Positions 47,929-57,892 of a DNA stretch of 64,000 nucleotides are shown here, in pieces (within the stretch, counting starts at the first letter, position 1; each line of letters starts with the position of its first letter). The stretch lies in NCBI GenBank assembly GCA_045655105.1, contig JAZOOQ010000056.1, positions 10,399 through 74,398 of the forward strand. The letters run 5' to 3'. The translations under genes and the position numbers were made by a program. Origin of the DNA: Alphaproteobacteria bacterium (lineage in GTDB: Bacteria; Pseudomonadota; Alphaproteobacteria; CAAHEQ01; UBA3637). The notes beneath the pieces are model-generated. The model was not told the DNA's origin and did not search any database. It saw nothing but the letters and a program-made list of their open reading frames with translations.

Positions 47929-49163
47929 AAAGAATCTTTCCCTTTTTGTTTAAAAGCAATTAAGAAAAGAAAATTAATACTGAGGGCTGACAAATAGCCG
48001 ATCAGCATAGCCATCCAAGGGCTATATAAATCGGCTAAAAAGCCCATTAATAAAGTTCCAAGAGCAAAAAAACCGCTATTTAATAAAGATGCGAACGAAA
48101 CAAGAGTTGCGCGTTCTTCATCAGAAACTTCTTTTTGAATAAATGCACCTGTAGCTGGAGAATAAATGCCAAAAAAACCAGAGCCAAATGTTTTTAAGAT
48201 AGGGCTAAAAATATTGGCACAAAGAACTGAAAAAATATTTACGATATTATCCATCATGGCGGCAAAAAAGATAGTATTATTTAATCCAATAAAGCTTGCA
48301 ATTTTTGAAGATAAAAAACTTGTAACGGAAGAAAGCATATAGCCAGCAAATCTTAAAACACCCAAAAATTCAACAGGCATAATGGTTTTGAAAAACGCAG
48401 AGTTAATTGTAAAAGCCGATTCATTAAGACCATAATGCATGGAATCAGCCACTGTAAATGAAAAAAGGCGTTTGTTTTTTTTGAAATAGAGAAGTGCTTT
48501 AAAAAAGTGTTTAAATGGATTATTTTTCGTTTCTTTATGAAATGGGGCTTCCTTCAACAAAAACGAAAGCAAAAAGGCAATCAGCATTGGTAATATTGTT
48601 ATAATAACAACGCCTCTTAAGGAGAGGAAATAATAAAATAATCCAGATAAAACAGCTCCAATACCAAGCGAAAATGAAGAAACGGATTTTAATTTTGAAA
48701 TAGCTTTATGGTATTTATTTTTAAGACGCATAGAAGCTAAACTTTCATATAAAAGCGTATCCGCATTCACAGAAGAAAAACGATAAAATCCAGAACAAAG
48801 AGCTCCTAAAATTAAAAACTCATAACAAGGAGCTAAGGCATAAATAATGAAAGAGGATAATCTGAAAAAAGAGCATAAAACAGCCACTTTTTTTCGACCA
48901 ATTTTATCGGATAATAAACCAAGAGGAACGCCAAGGCAGGTGCTTGTCATATGGGCAATAAAAATCACAGACATGGCTTTTGTATATGAATCTGAAAGAG
49001 AAACAAAAAAAAGCAATTCAATTGGTAAAGAAAAATTCATACGGATAAAAAATGAAAATAAGTATAAAACAGAAACGTTTTTCCTCATTTTGTTTTTGCT
49101 TTTAATTCCAGAAATAAAATTTTTATAAATGAAAGATTTTATTTTTAAAAAAAAATTATACAT
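47925..49163 (-). CDS. MFS transporter
   Basis: 12-TM profile; GRKK-type MFS loop (SDKIGRKKVAV). The start could instead be the internal ATG near 49088. Confidence 0.7.
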   Translation of the reverse strand: MYNFFLKIKSFIYKNFISGIKSKNKMRKNVSVLYLFSFFIRMNFSLPIELLFFVSLSDSYTKAMSVIFIAHMTSTCLGVPLGLLSDKIGRKKVAVLCSFFRLSSFIIYALAPCYEFLILGALCSGFYRFSSVNADTLLYESLASMRLKNKYHKAISKLKSVSSFSLGIGAVLSGLFYYFLSLRGVVIITILPMLIAFLLSFLLKEAPFHKETKNNPFKHFFKALLYFKKNKRLFSFTVADSMHYGLNESAFTINSAFFKTIMPVEFLGVLRFAGYMLSSVTSFLSSKIASFIGLNNTIFFAAMMDNIVNIFSVLCANIFSPILKTFGSGFFGIYSPATGAFIQKEVSDEERATLVSFASLLNSGFFALGTLLMGFLADLYSPWMAMLIGYLSALSINFLFLIAFKQKGKDSF

Positions 49164-49785
49164 CTATTTTTCCGAAAAATGCTATTTTTGAACCTGTTAA
49201 TTTTGCCCAAAGGCGATCCCCAAATGAATAATGCCACCATTCAGAAGGATAATTGATAAATCCTGCTTTTTCAAGAGCTTCTTTTAAAAGTAAGCGATTT
49301 TTTTGTGATTCTTCAGAAACAAAATAATTAAAATCAGATTTTTCGCTGAATGCCCGAACTTTAGAGCCCATAAAGTAATCATTGCCATCTTTATCACAAA
49401 GAGAAACATCAATGGCAGCTCCTGTTTGATGGCCACTTCCTTGGCGATAAGGATTGGCACAATAAGTATCACAAAGACCAATAAATTCTTCGGAGTTTTC
49501 ATCCATATTTGGATGCAAAACTTTTTGTTCTTTTTTAACTTCATCCCATAATTTTTTTTGAGCTTCTAATGGCCGATATGCTTCATAAATTTTAAAATAA
49601 TAGCCATCTGGTAAAAATTTTTGAGCGCTTAAAAGCATTTTATAAATATAGGTTCGAATGCGCTTTTCATTTGTAAATTGGTTATCAAAAAAAATATGAT
49701 CTTTCTCGTCAATAACAGAAAGAGAAATTTCTTTTTCAATTTCAGTTATGAATAAAGGTTCAGGTAAGTTTTTATCACTAAACAT
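49156..49785 (-). CDS. D-alanyl-D-alanine dipeptidase (M15D, VanX/DdpX-like)
   Basis: YRQGSGHQTGAAIDVSL...EWWHYS. The ATG at 49785 is preferred over the GTG at 49809 given by the ORF track. Confidence 0.7.
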   Translation of the reverse strand: MFSDKNLPEPLFITEIEKEISLSVIDEKDHIFFDNQFTNEKRIRTYIYKMLLSAQKFLPDGYYFKIYEAYRPLEAQKKLWDEVKKEQKVLHPNMDENSEEFIGLCDTYCANPYRQGSGHQTGAAIDVSLCDKDGNDYFMGSKVRAFSEKSDFNYFVSEESQKNRLLLKEALEKAGFINYPSEWWHYSFGDRLWAKLTGSKIAFFGKIDV

Positions 49786-50440
49786 GTTTTTCTCTTTCAC
49801 GTTGTGCACTTAGAATAGCAATTGTTTTTTTATGTGGACAAATAAGACGAGGTCTTGTTAAAAAATCTTTTTTTGATAGACTTAAAAGAAGACGAGGTTC
49901 TCCTTGATAATCAGTTTTGATTTTAATTCCAATAATTTGAGCATGAAAGCGTTGCATTAATCGAATGGAATGAATGTTTTCTGGGTGAATGGTTAAATCC
50001 ATTGTGCTATGATAACGAAAATATTTATTGAGGACCTTTTCAAGGGCTTGACTCATAAGACCATTGCGACCATGTTTTGGATCAATGAAGTATCCTAAAT
50101 CACCATAGATAAGTTTGCCTTCTTTGTCCTGACTTGGGATCATATCTAGTGTGATATTTCCAATTAATTTATTGTTTGGTAAGCAAAGAGCCAAGCGATA
50201 TGTTGAGCGTGGTTGAGTGTTTTTTTCTTTAATTGCTTTATTAATAAAATCAATTGTTTTTTGAGCGAGTTTTTCTTGATAAGATTTATCTTCAACAGAT
50301 ACATTAAAAGCATAGAAAGGTTGAAATTCTTTGTTTTTATGTGCTTGTTGATTAATGTTATTAGCAATAACATAAAGATCTTTAAAATCTTGTTCTGAAA
50401 ACTCTCTGATTAAAAAATTTTTTTCTTTGATTGAAAACAT
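49778..50440 (-). CDS. GNAT family N-acetyltransferase
   Basis: GNAT fold motifs (NGLMSQALEKVLNKYF). Confidence 0.6.
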   Translation of the reverse strand: MFSIKEKNFLIREFSEQDFKDLYVIANNINQQAHKNKEFQPFYAFNVSVEDKSYQEKLAQKTIDFINKAIKEKNTQPRSTYRLALCLPNNKLIGNITLDMIPSQDKEGKLIYGDLGYFIDPKHGRNGLMSQALEKVLNKYFRYHSTMDLTIHPENIHSIRLMQRFHAQIIGIKIKTDYQGEPRLLLSLSKKDFLTRPRLICPHKKTIAILSAQREREKHV

Positions 50441-50498
50441 ATAAACCCATTCTTTTATTAAAAAAATAAAGTAACAAAAATTTTTTTTATTGTCAATT

Positions 50499-51494
50499 TT
50501 ATATCTGATGAATCACTTTTTTCATTAATGTTGAAAATGGAAATTTTGAAAATTCTTCTTTTGAAACAAAAAGTCCATTTATGGGGGCGGTATCTGAATA
50601 AGTTTGAATTAAATGAAGTGTTAAATGAAAATGGGTAAAAGTATGGGAAACAGTTTTATCCATATCGTTCCAGTTGCTTTCAAACAAAATATTTTTTTCT
50701 TTTGTCCATGGAAATTCATATAATCCATGAAGAAGGCCTTTTTCATCCCTTTTCCTAATAAAAAAATCACCTTTATTGTTTTGAATTAAATGCACATAGC
50801 CTTCAAAACGTTTTTTTTCAGGTTTTTTAATATAAGGTATTTTATCTTGGATATTCTTTTTATTGGCTATACAAAACTTTTGCCATGGGCAAAGCAAACA
50901 TTTTGGACTTTGTGGGGTGCAAATTGTTGCGCCTAAATCCATAATGGCGGAAGCATAATCGGCTGGAGATTCATCATCTGTTAAATGGCTAGCAAGTTCA
51001 AAAATTTTGTTTTTATCAATTTCTGTTTCAATGCCATAAAGTCTTGATATCACACGAATAACATTTCCATCCATTACGGTTTCTTTTTGGTTGAAGGCAA
51101 AGGCTAAAATGCTTGAAGCACTATATGGACCAATTCCAGGTAATTTTAAAAGTTTATCTCGCTCTCTTGGAAATGTTCCTTGATATTGCTCTAATAAAAC
51201 TTTGGCGCATTCGTGAATTTTTCTAGCTCTAGTATAATATCCAAGTCCTTGCCAATAAAGAAGAACTTCTTCAATATGAGCATTTGCCAAAGAGTCAAGC
51301 GTTGGAAAACGCTTCATCCACTTTTCAAAATAATCTATAACAGTTTTAACTGTTGTTTGTTGCAACATAATTTCGCTGATCCAAACTTGATAAGCATCAA
51401 AATGCGCGCCACCAATCGTGCGCCATGGAAGTTTTCTTGCATTTTGATGATACCAGTGGATCAATTCAGTTGAGAGTTCTTTATTATTCTTCAT
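50499..51494 (-). CDS. mutY: A/G-specific adenine DNA glycosylase
   Basis: HhH-GPD: LPGIGPYSASSIL, DGNVIRV. C-terminal 4Fe-4S cysteines CTPQSPKCLLCP. The ATG at 51494 is preferred over the TTG at 51503. Confidence 0.85.
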   Translation of the reverse strand: MKNNKELSTELIHWYHQNARKLPWRTIGGAHFDAYQVWISEIMLQQTTVKTVIDYFEKWMKRFPTLDSLANAHIEEVLLYWQGLGYYTRARKIHECAKVLLEQYQGTFPRERDKLLKLPGIGPYSASSILAFAFNQKETVMDGNVIRVISRLYGIETEIDKNKIFELASHLTDDESPADYASAIMDLGATICTPQSPKCLLCPWQKFCIANKKNIQDKIPYIKKPEKKRFEGYVHLIQNNKGDFFIRKRDEKGLLHGLYEFPWTKEKNILFESNWNDMDKTVSHTFTHFHLTLHLIQTYSDTAPINGLFVSKEEFSKFPFSTLMKKVIHQI

Positions 51495-53715
51495 CAAGAT
51501 CAAGTTTATCTTGATTTTTTGTTTCAGTCAATGAAAGAATCTCATTTTGAATATCTTTTAGAAGCCTATTTTTTGTTTGAGGTGGCAAGGTATCTGCTGA
51601 AGGATTAAATAGATCGTCAGTATCCTCTTGATCTTCTTCATCTTCTTGAACATTAAGATTATTAAATAAAGATTTTTCATTTGCCCATAAATCAGAAGAT
51701 GTTTCTTCATCAGGTTCACTTTGATTTTTTGAATCAGAAGAAGAGGTGTCATCTAACGTTTCTTCAATGTTTTCTTTTTCTTGAAAAAGTGGAGAAGGGG
51801 ATGGAAGCTTTTCTGAAAAATAATCTTCCTCTTCCTCAATATCTGGTTGAGATTCTTGAAGTTCTTGCTCATTTAATTGAGGGAGTTTTTTTTGATCTGG
51901 TAATGATGGGGTATTATCTTCTTTTAATGTGTCTTCTAGTGGCAAACTTTTTTCAGATTCTTGTTCCGCTTTCTTTTTTGATTTTGAATAAATTTGAAGT
52001 TTTCGTCCTGTTTTATCAACGTTTAAGAAGACATCTTGACCTGGTTTGATTTTTTCTTGCATGATTAAGAAAGAAAGAGGGTTTTCAACTTGATTTTGAA
52101 TTAAACGTTTTAATGCACGAACCCCAAATTTTGAAGTGAATACTTCATCAACAAACCAATCTTTTGCTGAATCAGCTACAACAACATTATATCCAATAGC
52201 TTTTGCTCTTTTTAAAAGCTTGTTGAGATGGATATCAACAATAACGCGTAAATGTTCTTCATTAAGTTGGTGGAAAGAAACGATATCATCTAAACGATTT
52301 AAAAATTCAGGTCTAAAATATTCGCTTAGTTTTTCTACACGTTGATAACTTGGCAAATTGGCCCCAACGTTTGAGGTTAAGATAATGATTGTATTTCTAA
52401 AATCAACTGTAACGCCTTTACTATCTGTTAAACGACCTTCATCAAGAAGTTGCAACATTAAGTTTAAAATATCTAAATGAGCTTTGTCAATTTCGTCAAA
52501 TAAAACAACTTGGAATGGTTTTAAACGAACAGATTCTGTGAGCAAACCGCCAGCCTCAAATCCTGGAGTTCCTGGAGGAGGACCAATCATTCTGGCAACG
52601 GAGGTGCGCTCCATATATTCACTCATATCAAGGCGAAGAAGAGCTGTTTCATCATTAAACATAAAGTCAGCTAAAGATTTGGCTAACTCTGTTTTACCAA
52701 CGCCAGTTGTACCTATAAAAAGGAATGAACCGATAGGTCTGTTTGGATCTTGTAAACCAGATCTGGCTCTTCTCAATGCGTTTGCAACCACAACAACGGC
52801 ACTATCTTGCCCAACAACGCGTTGTTTTAAGTAAACTTCAGCATTGGCTAAACGGTGTTTATCTTCAGCATCAACTTTTTCAACAGGAATGCCAGTCCAT
52901 GAAGAAATAATGCGGTTACAAAAGTCAACAGTTAAAACATTATTTTCTTCATCTAATTCGCCTTTAGCGATATCAATCATTAATAAGGAGGCCGCATCAT
53001 CTAATAAATCTAATGCTTTAGATGGAAAGGCGCATTGTTTAACATAGCGATGTGCTAATTGGCAGGCGGCTATAACTGTTTCGTTAGGAATTTGAACATT
53101 ATAATGATTTTCAAATGTTGTTTTCAGTTCTGTAACAATTTCAATACTTTCATTTAATGAAGGTTCTTCTAATAAAAGTCGTTGAACAGCATTCATAACT
53201 TGATTGTCTTTTTCCATATAGCTGACAAATGTGGTTGTTTCAGCTTCAATCAAGCAATTGATGGTTCCATTTAATAAACAAAGTTTTAAAAATTTTGCGG
53301 GTTCTTTGTTTTCAGGAGCTGTATCCATTTGAACCAATAAAGAAATATCTTGAAGATATAAGATTTTTTCACCTTCTGATTCCTTTATATATTGCATTAC
53401 TTTTTTAACAAGATCAGCATATTCGGTTTCATTAGATGTTGACATCATCACTTTTGCAATATCAATGCCAACAACCTCTTTTGCCTGCAAAAAATCAGGA
53501 GCATCTTCCGAAGCCATAAATGCAATAAGGCCTTCTAAAAGCGCTGTTTTTCCAATACCATTTGTTCCAACAACAACAGGGTTGTTTTTCTTATTTTTAA
53601 GTAAAATATGGATCAAACGTTCCAGTTCTTTTTCGCGGCCGATTAAATGACCGATTTCATTTTTTCTTGTTAGCCTTGTATAATTGATGAGATACTCTTC
53701 AATTTTTAATGACAT
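51484..53715 (-). CDS. ClpA-like two-domain AAA+ ATPase lacking the N-domain, with degenerate D1 Walker B and an acidic ~170-aa C-terminal tail
   Basis: D1: LIGREKELERLIHILLKNKKNNPVVVGTNGIGKTA, but Walker B is ILYLQD (not IDE). D2 is intact: GTTGVGKTE, VVLFDEIDKAH, LLDEGRLTD. No IGF/IGL ClpP-docking tripeptide and no M-domain. The tail is rich in E/D/S/K. Confidence 0.7.
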   Translation of the reverse strand: MSLKIEEYLINYTRLTRKNEIGHLIGREKELERLIHILLKNKKNNPVVVGTNGIGKTALLEGLIAFMASEDAPDFLQAKEVVGIDIAKVMMSTSNETEYADLVKKVMQYIKESEGEKILYLQDISLLVQMDTAPENKEPAKFLKLCLLNGTINCLIEAETTTFVSYMEKDNQVMNAVQRLLLEEPSLNESIEIVTELKTTFENHYNVQIPNETVIAACQLAHRYVKQCAFPSKALDLLDDAASLLMIDIAKGELDEENNVLTVDFCNRIISSWTGIPVEKVDAEDKHRLANAEVYLKQRVVGQDSAVVVVANALRRARSGLQDPNRPIGSFLFIGTTGVGKTELAKSLADFMFNDETALLRLDMSEYMERTSVARMIGPPPGTPGFEAGGLLTESVRLKPFQVVLFDEIDKAHLDILNLMLQLLDEGRLTDSKGVTVDFRNTIIILTSNVGANLPSYQRVEKLSEYFRPEFLNRLDDIVSFHQLNEEHLRVIVDIHLNKLLKRAKAIGYNVVVADSAKDWFVDEVFTSKFGVRALKRLIQNQVENPLSFLIMQEKIKPGQDVFLNVDKTGRKLQIYSKSKKKAEQESEKSLPLEDTLKEDNTPSLPDQKKLPQLNEQELQESQPDIEEEEDYFSEKLPSPSPLFQEKENIEETLDDTSSSDSKNQSEPDEETSSDLWANEKSLFNNLNVQEDEEDQEDTDDLFNPSADTLPPQTKNRLLKDIQNEILSLTETKNQDKLDLDEE

Positions 53716-53723
53716 AAATGCCT

Positions 53724-54860
53724 CTATTCACCAAAGTTATCATCTTCGGAAACAAAGTTAAATGTTTTAATTGTTTTCATTTCAGCGAGAGAATCTTCCC
53801 ATTTAAAATAATCTTCATTTTGAAGGTCATTGCTTTCTAAAATCAAATAAGCATCATAGGCAGATCCCATCATTTTAGCATGCAAATAAGATGTGTTTTC
53901 ATTTCCCCAAATCAGCTTATCGCTATCATCTGGAAGGCCATAAACTGTGAAGACCAAATCCCAAAATTCATTTTGCCGATCTTTTTTAATCTTCACATTT
54001 CGAGCACTTGTATTTAAAGAGGAATCTCCTTTATTTTGATAAAAAACACGATAGACAATGTTTTCTGTTGCAAGAGATGTAAAATTAATAATCATGGTTT
54101 CTCTTGTGTCAGGTCTTTCAAAAGTCATTTGCTTAATATAACGTGTTTCTTCCTCTTTTGACTTATCAAAAATGCAGTTTTTAATATCAGAAATAATATA
54201 TAATTTTTTTGTTAAACGACAATCCTTTTCATAAGCGATGGATAAAGCTGGTGGTAACGTTTCATCAACTCTTGATAAGGTGTATCCTTGATCGGTTAAA
54301 ATATCTTCCACTTCAACCGTATTCATTCCAAGACCAACGCCAGCTAGTAAGAACCCATTGGCATCATGTCTTTTTCCTAAAGGAGATTCATATCTTCCTG
54401 TTTGTCCTTTTTGTCTTCTTTGGGCAATTAAACGGGAAAGTTCATCTTCTTTTGTCTCTGTCATATTTAAAGGAGTTTCTCGTCTTAAAATATCCTTATC
54501 ATCAAGCAATTTTTCTTCAAACTTCTTTTCTTGTACAGCTTGTTTAATAGATGGGTCTAAATCAATTCTAAGATCAGGAATTGGTGTTAAGCGTAATGAT
54601 TGGATAGGGGTTGCATGTCTTCCTAAATTTGGTTTTTTTGAGTTTGTATTTGATTGTTTTTCTTGCTTTTTAGCTTCTTTCGGTGCGCTTTGGGTCGTCT
54701 CAGTTGCAGTTAAACCAAATAAAGAATCACTTTCTTTTTTTGAAGATTTGACCTCTTCTTTTTTAAAAGAGGGTATTTCATCAAAGAGTGGCACAACTTC
54801 GCCTGCTATGGCTGTTGAGCTTAAAAAGAGAAGACTTAAATAAAAAAACGCTATTTTCAT
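53724..54860 (-). CDS. hypothetical secreted protein (378 aa)
   Basis: Signal peptide MKIAFFYLSLLFLSSTAIAG. Lys/Glu-rich N-terminal region. No family recognised. Confidence 0.45.
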   Translation of the reverse strand: MKIAFFYLSLLFLSSTAIAGEVVPLFDEIPSFKKEEVKSSKKESDSLFGLTATETTQSAPKEAKKQEKQSNTNSKKPNLGRHATPIQSLRLTPIPDLRIDLDPSIKQAVQEKKFEEKLLDDKDILRRETPLNMTETKEDELSRLIAQRRQKGQTGRYESPLGKRHDANGFLLAGVGLGMNTVEVEDILTDQGYTLSRVDETLPPALSIAYEKDCRLTKKLYIISDIKNCIFDKSKEEETRYIKQMTFERPDTRETMIINFTSLATENIVYRVFYQNKGDSSLNTSARNVKIKKDRQNEFWDLVFTVYGLPDDSDKLIWGNENTSYLHAKMMGSAYDAYLILESNDLQNEDYFKWEDSLAEMKTIKTFNFVSEDDNFGE

Positions 54861-54949
54861 ATCTGACCCCCTAGATTTGTCTTGACCTTTTTTTATTATA
54901 CATATATTCTTTAAAGTAACAAGTAAATATTTTTAAATCAAGGAAAAAC

Positions 54950-55531
54950 ATGTTGAATTTAAATTCTGTGGCTGTTTTTTGTGGGGGAAGCTCTGGAAGA
55001 AAAGCCGTTTATATGCAAGAAGCTCATCGTTTGGGCGAAATTTTGGCTCGTCGCGAAATTAAATTAATTTATGGAGCGGGTACAACAGGGTTGATGGGGG
55101 CTGTTGCTGATGGTGCGTTTTCAGAGAATGGTTATGTAATCGGTGCAACGATTAGAGAGCTTTATGATATTGAAAAACCTGCTGAAATTGCAAAAAAAGC
55201 AGCTGAGTTTGAAGTTTGGGATCAAATGGCAAAACGCAAAGTTTCAATGGTGGATCAGGCAGATGCCATTGCGATTTTACCTGGTGGGTTTGGAACAATG
55301 GATGAGCTTTTTGAAGTGTTAACTTTAAGGCAGCTTGGCATTATTACTTCCCCAATTATTGTTGTGAACATTGATGGGTTTTATAATACCTTACAACAAT
55401 TCTTATATGAAATGGTTGGAGAGGGATTTGTGAAACCTCATCAAATGAAATTACTTACTTTTGTTCGATCTGTTGATGAAGTTTTGCCAGAAATTGAACA
55501 TCAACTTTTGATGGCAAAGCAAGCAGAGTAA
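54950..55531 (+). CDS. LOG family protein (cytokinin riboside 5'-monophosphate phosphoribohydrolase-like)
   Basis: VAVFCGGSSG...IYGAGTTGLMGAVADGA...PGGFGTMDELFEVLTLRQLG. Confidence 0.8.
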   Translation: MLNLNSVAVFCGGSSGRKAVYMQEAHRLGEILARREIKLIYGAGTTGLMGAVADGAFSENGYVIGATIRELYDIEKPAEIAKKAAEFEVWDQMAKRKVSMVDQADAIAILPGGFGTMDELFEVLTLRQLGIITSPIIVVNIDGFYNTLQQFLYEMVGEGFVKPHQMKLLTFVRSVDEVLPEIEHQLLMAKQAE

Positions 55532-55550
55532 TCATAAGGAGAAAGTTTTA

Positions 55551-56321
55551 ATGAAAAAACAATCCATTATTTTACTTTCATGTGCCCTTTTATTTGTTTC
55601 TGGGTGTGCGATTAAGCCAACAGATCCTGTTGCTTTAAAAGCTTATGAAGAAGCAAATGACCCTCTTGAACCATTTAATAGGATTATGTTTGAAACAAAT
55701 TTATTGTTAGATACGGCCATATTAGAACCAATTGCAAAGGGATATCGTGCTGTTACACCAACATTTGTTCGTCAAGGTGTTTCAAATGTTTTTAATAACA
55801 TTAAGCAACCAAGATATTTGGTGAATTCTTTATTACAAGGAAAAGGCGAAGAAGCTTATGATATATCAAGGCGCTTTTTGGCAAATACTTTGTTAGGACT
55901 TGGTGGGCTTTTTGATGTTGCTTCTGATATGGATATTCCAGTTTATGCCAGTGATTTTGGAGAAACATTAGCTGTTTGGGGTTGGGAAAAGAGCGAACCT
56001 TATATTGTGTGGCCGATTTTAGGTCCATCAAATCCGAGGGATACAATTGGAGCAGGGTTAAATATGGCTCTTACAACGGCTGAACTCAGTGTGATTCAAG
56101 AGCCGGCTGTTCGATATGGTATTGTTGCCTTAGATTCTGTTCAAACACGCGAAAAAAGCATTGAATTTATGGAAAGTTTAGAAAAAGGTACAACCGATTT
56201 ATATGCAACGGTGCGTAGCATGTATCGTCAAAATAGAGAAAAGAAAATTAATAAAGCATTAGATACAGAGACTGAAAAAGAGCCGTTGGCATACGATTTT
56301 GATTTTGATGATGAGGAGTAG
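55551..56321 (+). CDS. mlaA: phospholipid-binding lipoprotein MlaA (VacJ)
   Basis: Lipobox LFVSGCA; DPLEPFNRIMFETN...GLGGLFDVASDMD...ETLAVWGW. Confidence 0.85.
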   Translation: MKKQSIILLSCALLFVSGCAIKPTDPVALKAYEEANDPLEPFNRIMFETNLLLDTAILEPIAKGYRAVTPTFVRQGVSNVFNNIKQPRYLVNSLLQGKGEEAYDISRRFLANTLLGLGGLFDVASDMDIPVYASDFGETLAVWGWEKSEPYIVWPILGPSNPRDTIGAGLNMALTTAELSVIQEPAVRYGIVALDSVQTREKSIEFMESLEKGTTDLYATVRSMYRQNREKKINKALDTETEKEPLAYDFDFDDEE

Positions 56322-56330
56322 AGTATCAAA

Positions 56331-56927
56331 ATGAAAAAAATTACGTTATTATTTTTATCATTATTTTTTATGGCATCACCAGTAAAAGCGGATCAAGCTG
56401 GAATTGATTTTACAAAAAAGTTAGCTGATGATATTATTGTTGATGTTTTAAGCGCTGATATTTCTGATGAAGAAAAACTTAAAATTTTTCATGATAGATT
56501 TAAGGAAGATTTGGATATTCAAACTATTGGAAAGCATGTGACAGGTGTTTATTGGAAAAAGGCTACAGCAGCTGAGCAACAAGAATTTTTAGAAGCTTTT
56601 CTTGATTTTGCAACCAAGTCATGGGCAGATAAGTTTAATCTATATACAGGACAAAAAATTAATTTCACGGGTATTCAAGAAGCAAAATCTGGTCAATTTT
56701 TCGTTTCAAGTGTTGTAGAGGGAAATCCACCAGCGGAAGTTTTGTGGCGTATCAAAAAAGTTGGTAACTCTTATAAAATCACAGATATTGTGATTGAAGG
56801 TGTAAGTATGGTAACAAGTTACCGGAATGAATATGTTGCATTCTTGCATAAAAATGGAGGAAAGTTATCCACATTAACAAAAGAGTTGCAAAGAAAATCT
56901 GAGGCATTTTCATTCACAAAAAAATAA
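56331..56927 (+). CDS. mlaC: phospholipid-binding periplasmic protein MlaC (Ttg2D)
   Basis: Signal peptide; the MlaC/Tgt2 fold pattern (...FLDFATKSWADKF...VTSYRNEY). Confidence 0.75.
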   Translation: MKKITLLFLSLFFMASPVKADQAGIDFTKKLADDIIVDVLSADISDEEKLKIFHDRFKEDLDIQTIGKHVTGVYWKKATAAEQQEFLEAFLDFATKSWADKFNLYTGQKINFTGIQEAKSGQFFVSSVVEGNPPAEVLWRIKKVGNSYKITDIVIEGVSMVTSYRNEYVAFLHKNGGKLSTLTKELQRKSEAFSFTKK

Positions 56928-56946
56928 TTGAATTTGAAATAAAAAA

Positions 56947-56977
56947 GGCTGAAAGAAAATTCTTTCGGTCTTTTTTT
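56947..56977 (+). terminator. Rho-independent terminator after mlaC
   Basis: ggctgaaaga-aaat-tctttcggtc 10-bp stem with two G-U wobble pairs, followed by t7. Confidence 0.6.
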
Positions 56978-57026
56978 ATGGATGTTTTATATATTTATTA
57001 TATTTAAAATATCGAAAGGAGGCGTT

Positions 57027-57515
57027 ATGAAAAAAGAAGTAACAATTCATTTAATGCATGGATTTATTGGGTGTGGAAAAACGAGTATTGCAAAAAAAAT
57101 AGCACAAGAAGAAGCGGCTGTTTTATTAACCCATGATGATTTTATGATTAAAGAATATGGCCGAAATCCAGAGGATTTTTCAAAAGAGCGCTTTGATATT
57201 ATTGATGAGAAAATTAAAAAGATTGCTGCAGAAGAAATTTTAAATGGGCATTCAGTTATTATGGATTATGGCTTTTGGGAAAAAGAAACCAGAAAAAAAT
57301 ATTATGATTGGGCAAAAAATTTAACCCCGTATGTTATTTTTCATGCTGTTCAGTGTGATATTGAAACAGCAAAACAAAGGGCTTTAAAACGAACTCAAAA
57401 AGATATAACGCAATTTGTGATTAATGAAGAAATTTTTTCAGACCGTTTAAAACGATTTGAACCGATGACGAAAGAAGAGGGGTATCCAACTTGTTTTTAT
57501 CAAACAGATAAATAG
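57027..57515 (+). CDS. P-loop NTPase / small-molecule-kinase-like protein (AAA_33/zeta-toxin-like fold)
   Basis: Walker A HGFIGCGKTSIAKKIA. AAAGGAGG Shine-Dalgarno before the ATG at 57027. Confidence 0.5.
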   Translation: MKKEVTIHLMHGFIGCGKTSIAKKIAQEEAAVLLTHDDFMIKEYGRNPEDFSKERFDIIDEKIKKIAAEEILNGHSVIMDYGFWEKETRKKYYDWAKNLTPYVIFHAVQCDIETAKQRALKRTQKDITQFVINEEIFSDRLKRFEPMTKEEGYPTCFYQTDK

Positions 57516-57767
57516 TTATTTTTTTAAAGCTTCATCAATGGCTTTTGCTAATTGATCAGCGCAAGAAGTTCCTTTTCCGCGACAGTCATTGCCCTTTAAA
57601 ATGGTGGCAACTTCTTTTGCATCTTTTCCTTCAACCAATTTTGAAATGGCGCATAGATTTCCCATGCATCCACCAATGAATTTTAAATTAAAAATTTTTC
57701 CATCTTTGATGTCAAAACTAATGTTTTGTGCGCAAACGCCATGAGGAGTATATGAAATATGTTGCAT
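57516..57767 (-). CDS. TSCPD-domain protein (TIGR03905-like, standalone)
   Basis: GGCMGNLCAISKLVEGKDAKEVATILKGNDCRGKGTSCADQLAKAIDEAL matches the TSCPD-domain Cys pattern. Start is taken at the ATG at 57767 with an AAAGGA Shine-Dalgarno. Confidence 0.55.
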   Translation of the reverse strand: MQHISYTPHGVCAQNISFDIKDGKIFNLKFIGGCMGNLCAISKLVEGKDAKEVATILKGNDCRGKGTSCADQLAKAIDEALKK

Positions 57768-57892
57768 GAGGTATCCTTTCGTTTTTTTTATGGTTATATC
57801 AAAAATGAATGGAACCTGCAATAATTTTAAATATATTGACAATAATATTTTTTAATGACCTAATGTTTTATATAATTGAATAGGAGTTTATT

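Noticed and set aside
57027-57767. P-loop kinase-like gene next to a small TSCPD protein as a toxin-antitoxin pair.
   Set aside because: The genes are convergent rather than co-transcribed, and each has its own RBS. There is no antitoxin-like DNA-binding domain.
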